Below, in pieces: positions 17,717-26,657 of a DNA stretch of 64,000 bases. The notes under the pieces are model-generated. The model ran no database searches, was not told the origin of the DNA, and was given only the letters and a program-made list of their open reading frames with translations. A program made the translations under genes and the position numbers. Positions within the stretch are counted from its first letter, which is position 1. Every line of letters starts with the position of its first letter. Origin of the DNA: an uncultured delta proteobacterium (lineage in GTDB: Bacteria; Myxococcota; Kuafuiibacteriia; Kuafuiibacteriales; Kuafuiibacteriaceae); the NCBI GenBank assembly GCA_963803435.1, contig CAWDML010000009.1:1312001-1376000 (forward strand), given 5' to 3'.

Positions 17717-20149
17717 CTAGCGGTCCACCCGCGCCGCCCAGGCCGGGAGCACCAGCAACGCCGCGGCCAGACAGGTCAGCTCGCCCAGCACGGCGACGCG
17801 ACCGAACGAGATCAACGCCCCGTTCCGGGCGAGGAGGAGCGACGCATAGCCGATGATCGTGGTGAGGGAGCAGAGGACGACCGCGCCGCCCGTGGAGGCG
17901 ATGGCGGCGGGGGCCGCCTCCCCGGGCGGACGCGTTCGTCGCTCGAGGAGGTAGCGCGTGAAGACGTTGACGCCGTAGTCGACGCCGATGCCGAAGGTGA
18001 TCGGCAGGCCGATGAAGTTGAGGAAGTTGATCCGGATCCCGAGCAGCCCGAGGAGCGCGAACAACCAGACTACGCCGAGGAGGAGGGCGCTGCTGACGAG
18101 GAGGATCCGGCGCGGGCGGCGATAGGCCAGCGCCAGCAGGAGCAGCACGCCGAAGAAGGAGTAGAGCGTGGCCGTGGGGCCGTCGCGTCCCACGGCTTTG
18201 AGCATGTCGTCGTAGATCACGAAGTTCCCGCTGGAGCGGACCTTCTGGCCGTCCGGCATCGGAATCTCGCGGAGCAGTTCGGCGACGCGGGCGATCTCGT
18301 CGGCGTGGTAGAGGTTGAGCTTCAGGTTGGGGAGCGCCAGCACGACCAGGCCCTCGGTGCCGTCGAGCTCGCGGAAGTCGGCGCGCACCGGCTCCGGCAG
18401 ATCCGCGATGGTGAACGGCGCGAGATCATCCGGCGGGCGATGGGCGAGGGCGGCCCTCTCCTCGTCGCCTTCGAGCTGGGGCAGGAGCCGGTCGATCGTG
18501 GAGCGGATGTCGGCGAGCACCGCCAGCTTCTCGGGCTGGTCCTTCGGGATCAGCGTGGTCAGCGAGGTGACCTCGGTCAGGGGCGCGCGATCGCCTTCAC
18601 GGGCGATGCGCGCCTCGATCGCCTCGACGATCCGAGGCACGTCCTCGGCTCGGTCGGCCACGATCACCTGGGGCGCGAGGTACTTGCCGAAGATCCGGTC
18701 GACCCGAGACTCCCAGTAGGCCGAGCCCGTCTCGGTGGTGACGGTGCTGCGGAGTTTTCCGAAGTCCTTCTCGAGCGGGTCGCGGAGGAACTGGACCGCG
18801 GCCACGGAAGCCGCCAGCCCCAGCCCCAGCCCCACCCAAGCCACCAGCCCGGCCCGCCGAGCCACCAGCCGCGCCGGGAGCGAGGCGATCGATGCGGAGC
18901 GGTACCACTGCAAGCGGTCTTGCGCCGGGTCCATGGGCCAGCGCCGCTCGATCCACAGGATCAGCGGCGGCATGACACAGAAGGTGGAGAGCCAGCAGCA
19001 GATCATTCCGATCCCGCCGATCACGCCGAAGTGGAAGAAGCCGTAGAAGTCGGTGGCCATCAGGGAGCCGTAGGCGATCGAGGCCGCCAGCGCCGCCAGC
19101 GAGGTGGCCTTCAACGTGAACATCACGGCGGTCTCGATCGAGCGCTCGGCCGAAGTTCCACGCCGGCGCTCCTCGAAGTAGCGCGCCAGCAGGATCAGGC
19201 CGAAGTTGATGCCGTTGCCCGGCACGATCGGCCCGAGGAACGCCGAGGAGGCGTTGAGGTAGCCGATCGCAAAGTGCGCGATCCCGAAGGTCCAGGTGCA
19301 GCCGACCCAGAGCGGAACGAGCACCAGGACGAGCGATCGGATCCGCCGGAAGTATGCCACCACCACCAGCGCCAGCAGGACCGCGACCAGCGCCGACGCC
19401 AGGACCAGGTCCTCGATCAGCGACGTCTGCTCGTCGACCAGGTTCTTGACGTCGCCGCCGATCCCCACGACGAGCGCCGGGTGGTAGGTCGTGGGCTCGA
19501 GGCGGGCGATGATCGCCTCGACATCCGCCACCAGCGCCTTGTTCTTCTCGATCCCGAAGGCGAGGCCCTCCTTGCGGACGATGACCGCGAGCTCGGTACC
19601 GTCCTTGCTCTCGAAGTAGCCGTCGGGGAACCGCTTCGCGTAGCCGGCCTTCTTCTTGTACTTCCGCGTGATGTCGGAGAGGTCGAGCGAGACGGCGCTC
19701 GATCCGTCGAGGTCGACGAGGAGCGGGTTCGCCTTGGTCCTGGCGGCCGCGACGGCGTCGTCCAGGCGATCGCGGATCTCTTCGAGGTCCGCCAGCTCGA
19801 CGTACATCAGCCGCCGGTGGTTGAAGAAGGCGGCCTCCGGGCCGAGCTTGTTCCGGGCCGAGCGGACCGAGGGGAGCTGCCGCACCTTCGCCACCAGATC
19901 GTCGGAGAAGCGGCGGTTGGCGGCCCGATCCGGGGAGCGGATCACGATCGAGAGCTGGGACCAGCCGCCGAAGCGCTTCTCCAGGTTCTCGAGCGTCACC
20001 ACCGACTCGGCGTGCCTCGGGAGGAGCTCCTTGAGGTCGGCGCGCACGTCCGAGAAGAGAGCCGCCGAGAAGCCCGCCATCGGCACGCTGGTGGCGAGCG
20101 CGAGGAGCAGGACCCCGCCCGGGTGGCGGATGAGACGCGGCGTCGGCAC
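17717..20149 (-). CDS. MMPL/RND-family transporter
   Basis: Two TM clusters with large periplasmic loops; GNGINFG and GIGVDYG motifs. Confidence 0.88.
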   Translation of the reverse strand: MPTPRLIRHPGGVLLLALATSVPMAGFSAALFSDVRADLKELLPRHAESVVTLENLEKRFGGWSQLSIVIRSPDRAANRRFSDDLVAKVRQLPSVRSARNKLGPEAAFFNHRRLMYVELADLEEIRDRLDDAVAAARTKANPLLVDLDGSSAVSLDLSDITRKYKKKAGYAKRFPDGYFESKDGTELAVIVRKEGLAFGIEKNKALVADVEAIIARLEPTTYHPALVVGIGGDVKNLVDEQTSLIEDLVLASALVAVLLALVVVAYFRRIRSLVLVLVPLWVGCTWTFGIAHFAIGYLNASSAFLGPIVPGNGINFGLILLARYFEERRRGTSAERSIETAVMFTLKATSLAALAASIAYGSLMATDFYGFFHFGVIGGIGMICCWLSTFCVMPPLILWIERRWPMDPAQDRLQWYRSASIASLPARLVARRAGLVAWVGLGLGLAASVAAVQFLRDPLEKDFGKLRSTVTTETGSAYWESRVDRIFGKYLAPQVIVADRAEDVPRIVEAIEARIAREGDRAPLTEVTSLTTLIPKDQPEKLAVLADIRSTIDRLLPQLEGDEERAALAHRPPDDLAPFTIADLPEPVRADFRELDGTEGLVVLALPNLKLNLYHADEIARVAELLREIPMPDGQKVRSSGNFVIYDDMLKAVGRDGPTATLYSFFGVLLLLALAYRRPRRILLVSSALLLGVVWLFALLGLLGIRINFLNFIGLPITFGIGVDYGVNVFTRYLLERRTRPPGEAAPAAIASTGGAVVLCSLTTIIGYASLLLARNGALISFGRVAVLGELTCLAAALLVLPAWAARVDR

Positions 20150-20210
20150 CGGATTCCGGGGTGTTGTCAGCTTGTGCGGGTTTCGACAACCGCCTATCGT
20201 CGGCCCCGCG

Positions 20211-20609
20211 ATGGACGACCAGGCGCTCGTCGAGGCCGCCCGCGCGGTCCGCGCACAGGCGTACGCCCCGTATTCGGCTTACAAGGTCGGCGCGGCGATC
20301 CGGGCCCGGGACGGCCGTGTCTTCACCGGAACCAACGTGGAGAATAGCGCCTACCCCACGTGCCTGTGCGCCGAGGTCAACGCGCTGGGCAGCGCGGTCT
20401 CCGCCGGGGCCCGCGCGTTCGACGCCCTCGCGGTGGTCACGGAACCACCCGACGGCAAACCGCCCGGTCCGCCCTGCGGGAACTGCCGTCAAGCGCTGTC
20501 GGAGTTCGGGCTCGATCTGCGCGTGCTCCTCGCCGGCCCGAGCGGGGACGTCACGGAGCACCGGCTCGGCGACCTGCTCCCGCTCGCGTTCAGCGCCGAG
20601 GATCTCTGA
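20211..20609 (+). CDS. cdd: Cytidine deaminase
   Basis: AYAPYS, GTNVEN, CAE, PCGNCRQ. Confidence 0.93.
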   Translation: MDDQALVEAARAVRAQAYAPYSAYKVGAAIRARDGRVFTGTNVENSAYPTCLCAEVNALGSAVSAGARAFDALAVVTEPPDGKPPGPPCGNCRQALSEFGLDLRVLLAGPSGDVTEHRLGDLLPLAFSAEDL

Positions 20610-21946
20610 TGAGCACGGCCAAGCGGCGGATCGTCCTTCGCGGCGGGACGCTGGTGACCATGAACGGCGACCGCCACGTCGGCGAAGGCGATCTCTATCT
20701 GGAGGACGGCGTCATCCGCGGTCTCGGCGAGCGCGCCGCCGGCTCGCGGAAGGTCGACGAGACCATCGACGCCACCGGCCGCCTGGTGATCCCCGGGCTG
20801 ATCCAGCCGCACGTCCACCTCTGCCAGACGCTGTTCCGCGGCCACGCCGACGATCTGGAGCTGCTCGACTGGCTCTCCCAGCGCATCTGGCCCTTCGAGG
20901 CGGCGCACACCAGGACGTCGCTCTACACCTCCGCGCTCCTCGGCGGCGCGGAGCTGCTCCGCTCCGGCACCACCGCGATCCTCGACATGGGGACCGTCCA
21001 CCACACGGACGCGATCTTCGACGCCGCCAAGAAGCTCGGCCTCCGCGCCACCATCGGCAAGGCGATGATGGACGCCGGCCACAACCTGCCGGCCGGGTTG
21101 AAGGAGAGCACCGACGCTTCCATCGACGAGAGCATCCGCCTCGCCGACAAGTGGCACGGCCGTGAGAACGGCCGTCTCCGCTACGCGTTCGCGCCCCGCT
21201 TCGTCCTCTCGTGCAGCGAGGAGCTGATGCGGCGGACGGTGACGATCGCCCGGGAGAAGGGGCTGAGGCTGCATACGCACGCGTCGGAGAACGGGCAGGA
21301 GATCGTCTCCGTGCGGGAGAAGTTCGGTGCCGACAACGTCGCGTTCCTCCACCAGCTCGGGATGTCGGGCGCCGACACGGTGCTCGCCCACTGCGTCTGG
21401 CTGACCTCCGAGGAGCAGAAGATCATCCGCGAGAGCGGTACGCACATCGCGCACTGTCCCTCGTCGAACCTGAAGCTGGCCTCGGGGCTGGCGCGGATCC
21501 CGGACCTGCTCGAGCAGGGCATCAACGTGGCGCTGGCGGCGGACGGCGCGCCCTGCAACAACAACCTCGACGCGTTCACCGAGATGCGGCTGGCGGCGCT
21601 GATCCACAAGCCGCGCTTCGGACCAACCGCGATGAAGGCGCTCACCGTCTTCGAGATGGCCACCCTCCGCGGCGCGCGGGCGCTCGGGTTGGAGGACCGC
21701 ATCGGGTCGCTCGAGGAGGGCAAGGCGGGAGACGTCGCGGTGCTGGACCCGCGCCAGCTCCACGCTGCGCCGGCGAGCGATCCCTACTCGCTGCTGGTGT
21801 ACGCGCTCACCGGGCGGGACGTGGAGCACGTGTTCGTCGACGGGGTCCAGCGGGTGCGGAGCGGCCGGGTGCTCGGCGTGGTCAAGAGCAAGCTGCTGGC
21901 GGCCGCGGAGACGCAGCGACGGCTGATCGTGGATCCGTTGTTGTAG
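20609..21946 (+). CDS. Amidohydrolase, 5'-deoxyadenosine / MTA-SAH deaminase family
   Basis: HVHLCQ, HTHASE, AHCVW, HCPSSNLKLASG, ADGAPCNN. Confidence 0.85.
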   Translation: MSTAKRRIVLRGGTLVTMNGDRHVGEGDLYLEDGVIRGLGERAAGSRKVDETIDATGRLVIPGLIQPHVHLCQTLFRGHADDLELLDWLSQRIWPFEAAHTRTSLYTSALLGGAELLRSGTTAILDMGTVHHTDAIFDAAKKLGLRATIGKAMMDAGHNLPAGLKESTDASIDESIRLADKWHGRENGRLRYAFAPRFVLSCSEELMRRTVTIAREKGLRLHTHASENGQEIVSVREKFGADNVAFLHQLGMSGADTVLAHCVWLTSEEQKIIRESGTHIAHCPSSNLKLASGLARIPDLLEQGINVALAADGAPCNNNLDAFTEMRLAALIHKPRFGPTAMKALTVFEMATLRGARALGLEDRIGSLEEGKAGDVAVLDPRQLHAAPASDPYSLLVYALTGRDVEHVFVDGVQRVRSGRVLGVVKSKLLAAAETQRRLIVDPLL

Positions 21947-23627
21947 AACGCCTGCTCGCGAGCAACGCCGCCAGCAGGAAGATGAGCAGCCCGCTCGAGG
22001 CCGGAGGACGGCCGCTGCCGTTGCACGCGCAGCCCTCGGGCGGGGCCACCTCGCGGTCGCAGGCCATCGAGTCTTCGGTGGTGACGTCGTCGAAGGCGAC
22101 GAGGTCGCCGCGGCGGTTGTCGCACAGGATCGAGCGGATCATGAGCCCGCCTCCCTCGGCGGAGACGCCAATCCCGTCGTTGTCCGTCACGGTGCTGTCG
22201 ACGAGCTCGAAGTTGTCGGTCCGGACCCCGTCACCGCCGTTGCCGACGACGTCGAGGTTCAGGCCCAGGAAGAATCCCGTGGCGATGACGCCGGCGCCGA
22301 CCACCGGTGTCGGCGCCAGCTCCAGCTCGAGCCCGTCGCCGAGGAGCGCCAGGGTCGCGCGCGCGCCCTTGCCGTTGCTCCGGATCGAGCTCCGGGCGCC
22401 CTCGCCTCCGACGAACGCGTGCTCGGCGAGGATCGCGGCGCTGGCGTTGTCCTCGATGACCGTGCCCGAGTGCATGAGGAGCTCGGTCGTGGTCACGACG
22501 CCCGCGCCCAGGTTGCCGGTAACGCGCGCCCGGACCAGGTCGACGGTCCCGCGGGCCTGGATCCCGTGCCCATCGTTGCGCTCGATCCGCACGCGCTCGA
22601 AGGTGATACCGCCGTCGCTGACCAGCGCCGGCCCGCCGTTGTCGCTCGCGACCAGGTCGGCGCCCGCGATGCTGACGGGCGCGTACACGCCGACGCCGCG
22701 GACCGCGTCTCCGGTGATCGTGACCAGGCGCAGATCGAAGTCGACGGCCTCGGGGACGACCTTGGTGAGCCCGTGGCCGTTGCCGCTCACCGTGGCGGTG
22801 CGGCCGAGCTGGACGTTCGATCCGGCGTACACGCCCGAGCCCGCGTTGTCGAAGATCTCGACGGCGTTCTCGACGCCGACGGCCGCGCCTGCGTCGATGC
22901 CGTCGCCGAAGTTGCCGTTGATCTGGTGCAGGCCAGGGCCGCGGAGCACGACCCAGCCGTCGGTGAAGAGCCCGCCGCCGTTGACCTGGACGCGGCTCGT
23001 CTCGCCAAGGGCGGCGACGAGCTCGATCCCCTCCTTCGCGATCACGCCCGGGCCCCCGTTTGACTCCAACCGGGACGAGGTGGCCGAGACGGACGACTCG
23101 GAGGAGAGAACACCACCGAGCGTGTTGCCCCCGATGACCGAGCGATCGACGTTCACCTGACCGCGGGCGCGAACGCCCAAGCCGGCAGCACCCGTGAGCT
23201 CGACGTTGGCGACGGTCAAGGCGCCTGAATCGGCGGTGAGCGCATCCCCCGGTGCGGCGGTGATCCTCAGGTTCGCGATCGAGCAATCGCCCACCCGCAG
23301 GACCAGGCCGGCGCGATCGAGCTGGACGCGCCCGCCGGCCACCGCGCCGTCGATGGCGATCGGCTCGGTGACCTCGGGCAGCGTCGCAGGCGAGATGATT
23401 CCGATCGCGGGATCAAACGTGATCGTGTCGGCCCCAGGGTTCGCGTTGGCGTGCTCGATGGCTGCACGCAAGGTGACTTGCAAGCCAGGGGTCGAGAGGT
23501 CGACGTCCGGGATCCCGTCGTTCGGGTCGGCGTCGGGCTCGTCGCTGCTCAGGTTGACGACGATGGTCTCGCCCCGCGCGGTGGCAGCCCACAGCAAGAG
23601 CACCACGAGCATCGATCCCCGGAGCAC
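21882..23627 (-). CDS. Secreted right-handed beta-helix protein with a MYXO-CTERM-like anchor
   Basis: Signal peptide, TLRAAIEHANA, repeated N.G.GV turns, C-terminal EGCAC...LLIFLLAALLASRR. Confidence 0.72.
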   Translation of the reverse strand: MLRGSMLVVLLLWAATARGETIVVNLSSDEPDADPNDGIPDVDLSTPGLQVTLRAAIEHANANPGADTITFDPAIGIISPATLPEVTEPIAIDGAVAGGRVQLDRAGLVLRVGDCSIANLRITAAPGDALTADSGALTVANVELTGAAGLGVRARGQVNVDRSVIGGNTLGGVLSSESSVSATSSRLESNGGPGVIAKEGIELVAALGETSRVQVNGGGLFTDGWVVLRGPGLHQINGNFGDGIDAGAAVGVENAVEIFDNAGSGVYAGSNVQLGRTATVSGNGHGLTKVVPEAVDFDLRLVTITGDAVRGVGVYAPVSIAGADLVASDNGGPALVSDGGITFERVRIERNDGHGIQARGTVDLVRARVTGNLGAGVVTTTELLMHSGTVIEDNASAAILAEHAFVGGEGARSSIRSNGKGARATLALLGDGLELELAPTPVVGAGVIATGFFLGLNLDVVGNGGDGVRTDNFELVDSTVTDNDGIGVSAEGGGLMIRSILCDNRRGDLVAFDDVTTEDSMACDREVAPPEGCACNGSGRPPASSGLLIFLLAALLASRRSTTTDPRSAVAASPRPPAACS

Positions 23628-23648
23628 CTCCGGATCATAGCCGACCGC

Positions 23649-24863
23649 TCAGTCCGAGGGGGGCCGGGAGGCCAACGCCCGCGCCGCGCCGAGGGCCCAG
23701 GCCTTCGTCGCCCGATGGCCGGCCGCCGCGAGGCCGCCCTCCATCTGGCGGAGGCCCTGATAGAGCGCGTCGTAGCGGGCGACCGCGGCCGCGCTCTGAT
23801 GCCGGGCCTCGACCCGCGCCCGTGCCTGAGCCCCGATCCGGGCCGCCCGCGCGCGATCACGGGCGAGCGCGCGCACCGCCTCCGCCACCGCGTTCGGATC
23901 CGAGGGTGGGACCAGCATCCCTTCCTCGCCGTGATCGATCAGCTCGGGCGTCCCGCCCACCGCCGTGGCGACGACCGGGAGCTTGGCGGCCATCGCCTCG
24001 AGGATCGACATCGAGCACCCCTCGTAGAGCGACGTGTTGAGGTAGGCGTCGAACCCGGCGAGCAGCGTGGGCGCGTCGGATTGGTGCGGCAAGAGCTGGA
24101 CGGCGGCGGGTGGCACCTGGGCGATCACGCGCTGGATCTCCGGATGCGCTCCGTACGCGCCGATCAGGACCAGACGGATCCGCGGATCGTCCGCGTGCGC
24201 GCGGGCGATGCCTCGGATCATCGTGGGCAGGTCCTTGATCGGCCGAAACATCGTCATGCTCCCCACCAGGAACGCGTCCTCGGAGGCTTCAAGCCGCGCG
24301 CGCACGGTCCTGCGATCGGCGGCGGCGCCGTCGAATCGATCGAGGTCGAGGCCGTTGGGGAGCAGCTTCACCTCCGACGCCTCGATCCCCCAGGTCGCCT
24401 CCAACCTTCGGGCGAGGTCGTGCGAGACCGCGGCGAACACGTCGACCATCGGGCGCGTCACGTGCGCGACGACGCGACGGCGCGCGCGGGGCGGCTCCAA
24501 GGTGTCGACGCCGCGCTCCGAGTGTACGACCCAGCGGACGCCGGCCATCCTCGCCGCCACGATCCCGTAGAGCGCGCTGGCCCAGTTGTGCGTATGGACG
24601 ACGTCGATCCGCTCGCGGGTGAAGATGCGGGCGAGACGGCGGAAGAGGCCCAGGTCGATCCCCTCGGAACGCTTGCGCCCGGCGACGTGAACGGGGCAGT
24701 CCGCGAAGTCGCCTTCTCCCAGCGGTGGCTTCTTTCCGCTCGACGTCTCGAACGCGACCACCACCGGTGTATAGCGATCCCTGGGGAGCCGGGAGAGGAC
24801 GCGCCGCATCGACTCCTCCATGCCCCCTCTCGCCAAACACGGGAGCACGATCGCCAGCCGCAT
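23649..24863 (-). CDS. Glycosyltransferase family 4
   Basis: GGME, VVHTH, PNGLD, EGCSMSILEAMAAKLPVVATAVGG. Confidence 0.9.
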   Translation of the reverse strand: MRLAIVLPCLARGGMEESMRRVLSRLPRDRYTPVVVAFETSSGKKPPLGEGDFADCPVHVAGRKRSEGIDLGLFRRLARIFTRERIDVVHTHNWASALYGIVAARMAGVRWVVHSERGVDTLEPPRARRRVVAHVTRPMVDVFAAVSHDLARRLEATWGIEASEVKLLPNGLDLDRFDGAAADRRTVRARLEASEDAFLVGSMTMFRPIKDLPTMIRGIARAHADDPRIRLVLIGAYGAHPEIQRVIAQVPPAAVQLLPHQSDAPTLLAGFDAYLNTSLYEGCSMSILEAMAAKLPVVATAVGGTPELIDHGEEGMLVPPSDPNAVAEAVRALARDRARAARIGAQARARVEARHQSAAAVARYDALYQGLRQMEGGLAAAGHRATKAWALGAARALASRPPSD

Positions 24864-25051
24864 GCGGTCGCTGTCGTCCAAGGCTCGCTCGATCTCTCCG
24901 GAGGATCTTTCCTATCGCGAACCCCGGTGCGGATCGAGCGTCGCGTCGAGGGCGCTCTCGCACACCCAGGAGACACCTTACCCGCAAGAGACGACGCCCG
25001 ATCACAGCGGCCCGGAGGCGGGTTGTCGATCACATCAGACCCGCCCGACAA

Positions 25052-26581
25052 TCAGTGCGTCGCGCCCAACCGGACCGTGGTGGTCATCTCGGTGCCCGTG
25101 TCGCGATCGCGCGCGCTCATCGTCAGGATGCCCTCCTGGCTGAGGCTGAAGTCGACCTGCACGCGGACGCTGCCGGCGCGGCCCAGGCGCACGCCCGAGA
25201 ACGTGAACTCACCCAGGAGCGTGTTCTGGCGGGCGACGTCCGGGCGATCGCCCTGGTAGATCCGCATCTGCAGATCCTCCTGGTCGTCGACGCTGGTCGT
25301 GAACGTGAGCTGCCTGAGGTTCGGGACGGACTCGTTGCGGCGGAAGATCTCGTGGAGCTCACCCCGTGCGTTCTCGATCCCGATCGCCATCGGGATGACG
25401 TCGAGGAGCTGGACCCGCAGGTTGGAGTTGTCCTCGAGCGAGTAGGCGAACATCGCGGCGCCGATCGCGACCGCCTCGTCCGGATTCACCTGCTTCGAGG
25501 GGGCCTGCCCGAAGAAGCCGCTGACCCGCTGCTGGACCAGGGGCATGCGGGTCATCCCGCCGACCAGCAGCACGTGATCGATCGTGCCGGGGCCCATGCC
25601 GGCGTCTTCGCAGACGCGCTGGCAGGTCACCACGGTGCGATCGATGAGATCGCTGGTGATGCCCTCGAGCGTCTCGCGGGTGAGCTTCATGTCGATGTCG
25701 AGCGGCATCCCGTCCGGCGTCATCGTGATGAACGGGATGTTGAAGGAGCACTCCTTGCGATCGGTCAGGTCGATCTTGGAGCGCTCCGCTAGATCCTTGA
25801 TCCGCTGCATCGCGATCGGATCGGCGCGCAGGTCGATGTCCGGGTGATCGATCCGGAACTGCTCGATCACCCACTCGATGATGCGATTGTCGAAGTCGAC
25901 GCCGCCCAGGAAGATGTCTCCGCCGGTCGCCTTCACCTCGAAAACGCGATCACGGATCTCGATGATCGAGATGTCGAAGGTGCCGCCGCCCAGATCGTAG
26001 ATCGCGATGGTTTCGCTCTGAAGGTTGCGGCCCACACCGAACGCCAGGGCGGCGGCGGTGGGTTCGTTGACGATGCGGACGATCTCGAGGCCGATCAGTC
26101 TTCCCGCCTCCTTGACGGCCTGCCGCTGGCGATCGTTGAAGTACGCGGGCACGGTCACCACCGCGCGCATCACCTCCTCCTGGAGGTACTCGGAGGCCAC
26201 GTCCCGGATCTTCTGGAGGATCTTGGCGGCGACCTGCGGGAGCTCGAAGCGCTGCGCAGCGACCGAGATCTGGACGTCGCTCGTCTGGGACTGATCGATC
26301 TCGTAGGCGAAGTATTCGTGGATCTTGTCGACGGTCTCCTGATCGTACTGGCGACCCATCAAGCGCTTGCTGCCGTAGACCGTGTTCTTCGGGTTGAGCT
26401 GCCACTGGCGCTTGGCTTCGTGACCGACGAGCTCGTTCCCCTTGTCGTCGATCGCAAAGATCGACGGGATCGTGTACTCACCGCCCCGATACGGGATCAG
26501 CTTCACGCGCTGGTCGTGACCTTCGACGATCGCGGCGCAGGAGTTCGTGGTCCCCAGGTCGATTCCGATGATCCTCGACAT
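25052..26581 (-). CDS. Hsp70/DnaK paralog lacking the alpha-helical lid
   Basis: [38 protein letters not shown], linker QLLDV; ends shortly after SBD-beta. Confidence 0.92.
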   Translation of the reverse strand: MSRIIGIDLGTTNSCAAIVEGHDQRVKLIPYRGGEYTIPSIFAIDDKGNELVGHEAKRQWQLNPKNTVYGSKRLMGRQYDQETVDKIHEYFAYEIDQSQTSDVQISVAAQRFELPQVAAKILQKIRDVASEYLQEEVMRAVVTVPAYFNDRQRQAVKEAGRLIGLEIVRIVNEPTAAALAFGVGRNLQSETIAIYDLGGGTFDISIIEIRDRVFEVKATGGDIFLGGVDFDNRIIEWVIEQFRIDHPDIDLRADPIAMQRIKDLAERSKIDLTDRKECSFNIPFITMTPDGMPLDIDMKLTRETLEGITSDLIDRTVVTCQRVCEDAGMGPGTIDHVLLVGGMTRMPLVQQRVSGFFGQAPSKQVNPDEAVAIGAAMFAYSLEDNSNLRVQLLDVIPMAIGIENARGELHEIFRRNESVPNLRQLTFTTSVDDQEDLQMRIYQGDRPDVARQNTLLGEFTFSGVRLGRAGSVRVQVDFSLSQEGILTMSARDRDTGTEMTTTVRLGATH

Positions 26582-26657
26582 GACTGCCCGGCGGCGGGGA
26601 GAATGTAGCGTCGACACGGCGTTCTCGGAAGAACCCCTTGCAGCAAAACAGTAGGGG

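Larger units (their letters stand above)
17002..17720. mobile_element. Putative non-autonomous element: CTAG-bounded long inverted arms enclosing a four-helix-bundle gene and an IS1182-like remnant
   Basis: 17002-17021 CTAGGAGCGTGTAGCGCGTA is the exact reverse complement of 17701-17720; complementarity continues imperfectly into the hexamer arrays. Confidence 0.7.

Noticed and set aside
17002-17720. 23S rRNA gene with an intervening sequence
   Set aside because: The flanks are protein-coding or intergenic; no rRNA sequence is present.
17473-17856. ORF with a DRDPDRD repeat
   Set aside because: It is just the translation of the 18-bp DNA repeat arm and overlaps the MMPL gene.
25017-25051. 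Overlapping inverted repeats downstream of the Hsp70 gene as a possible riboswitch
   Set aside because: They are short, match no aptamer consensus I recognise, and are compatible with an ordinary terminator-like hairpin.
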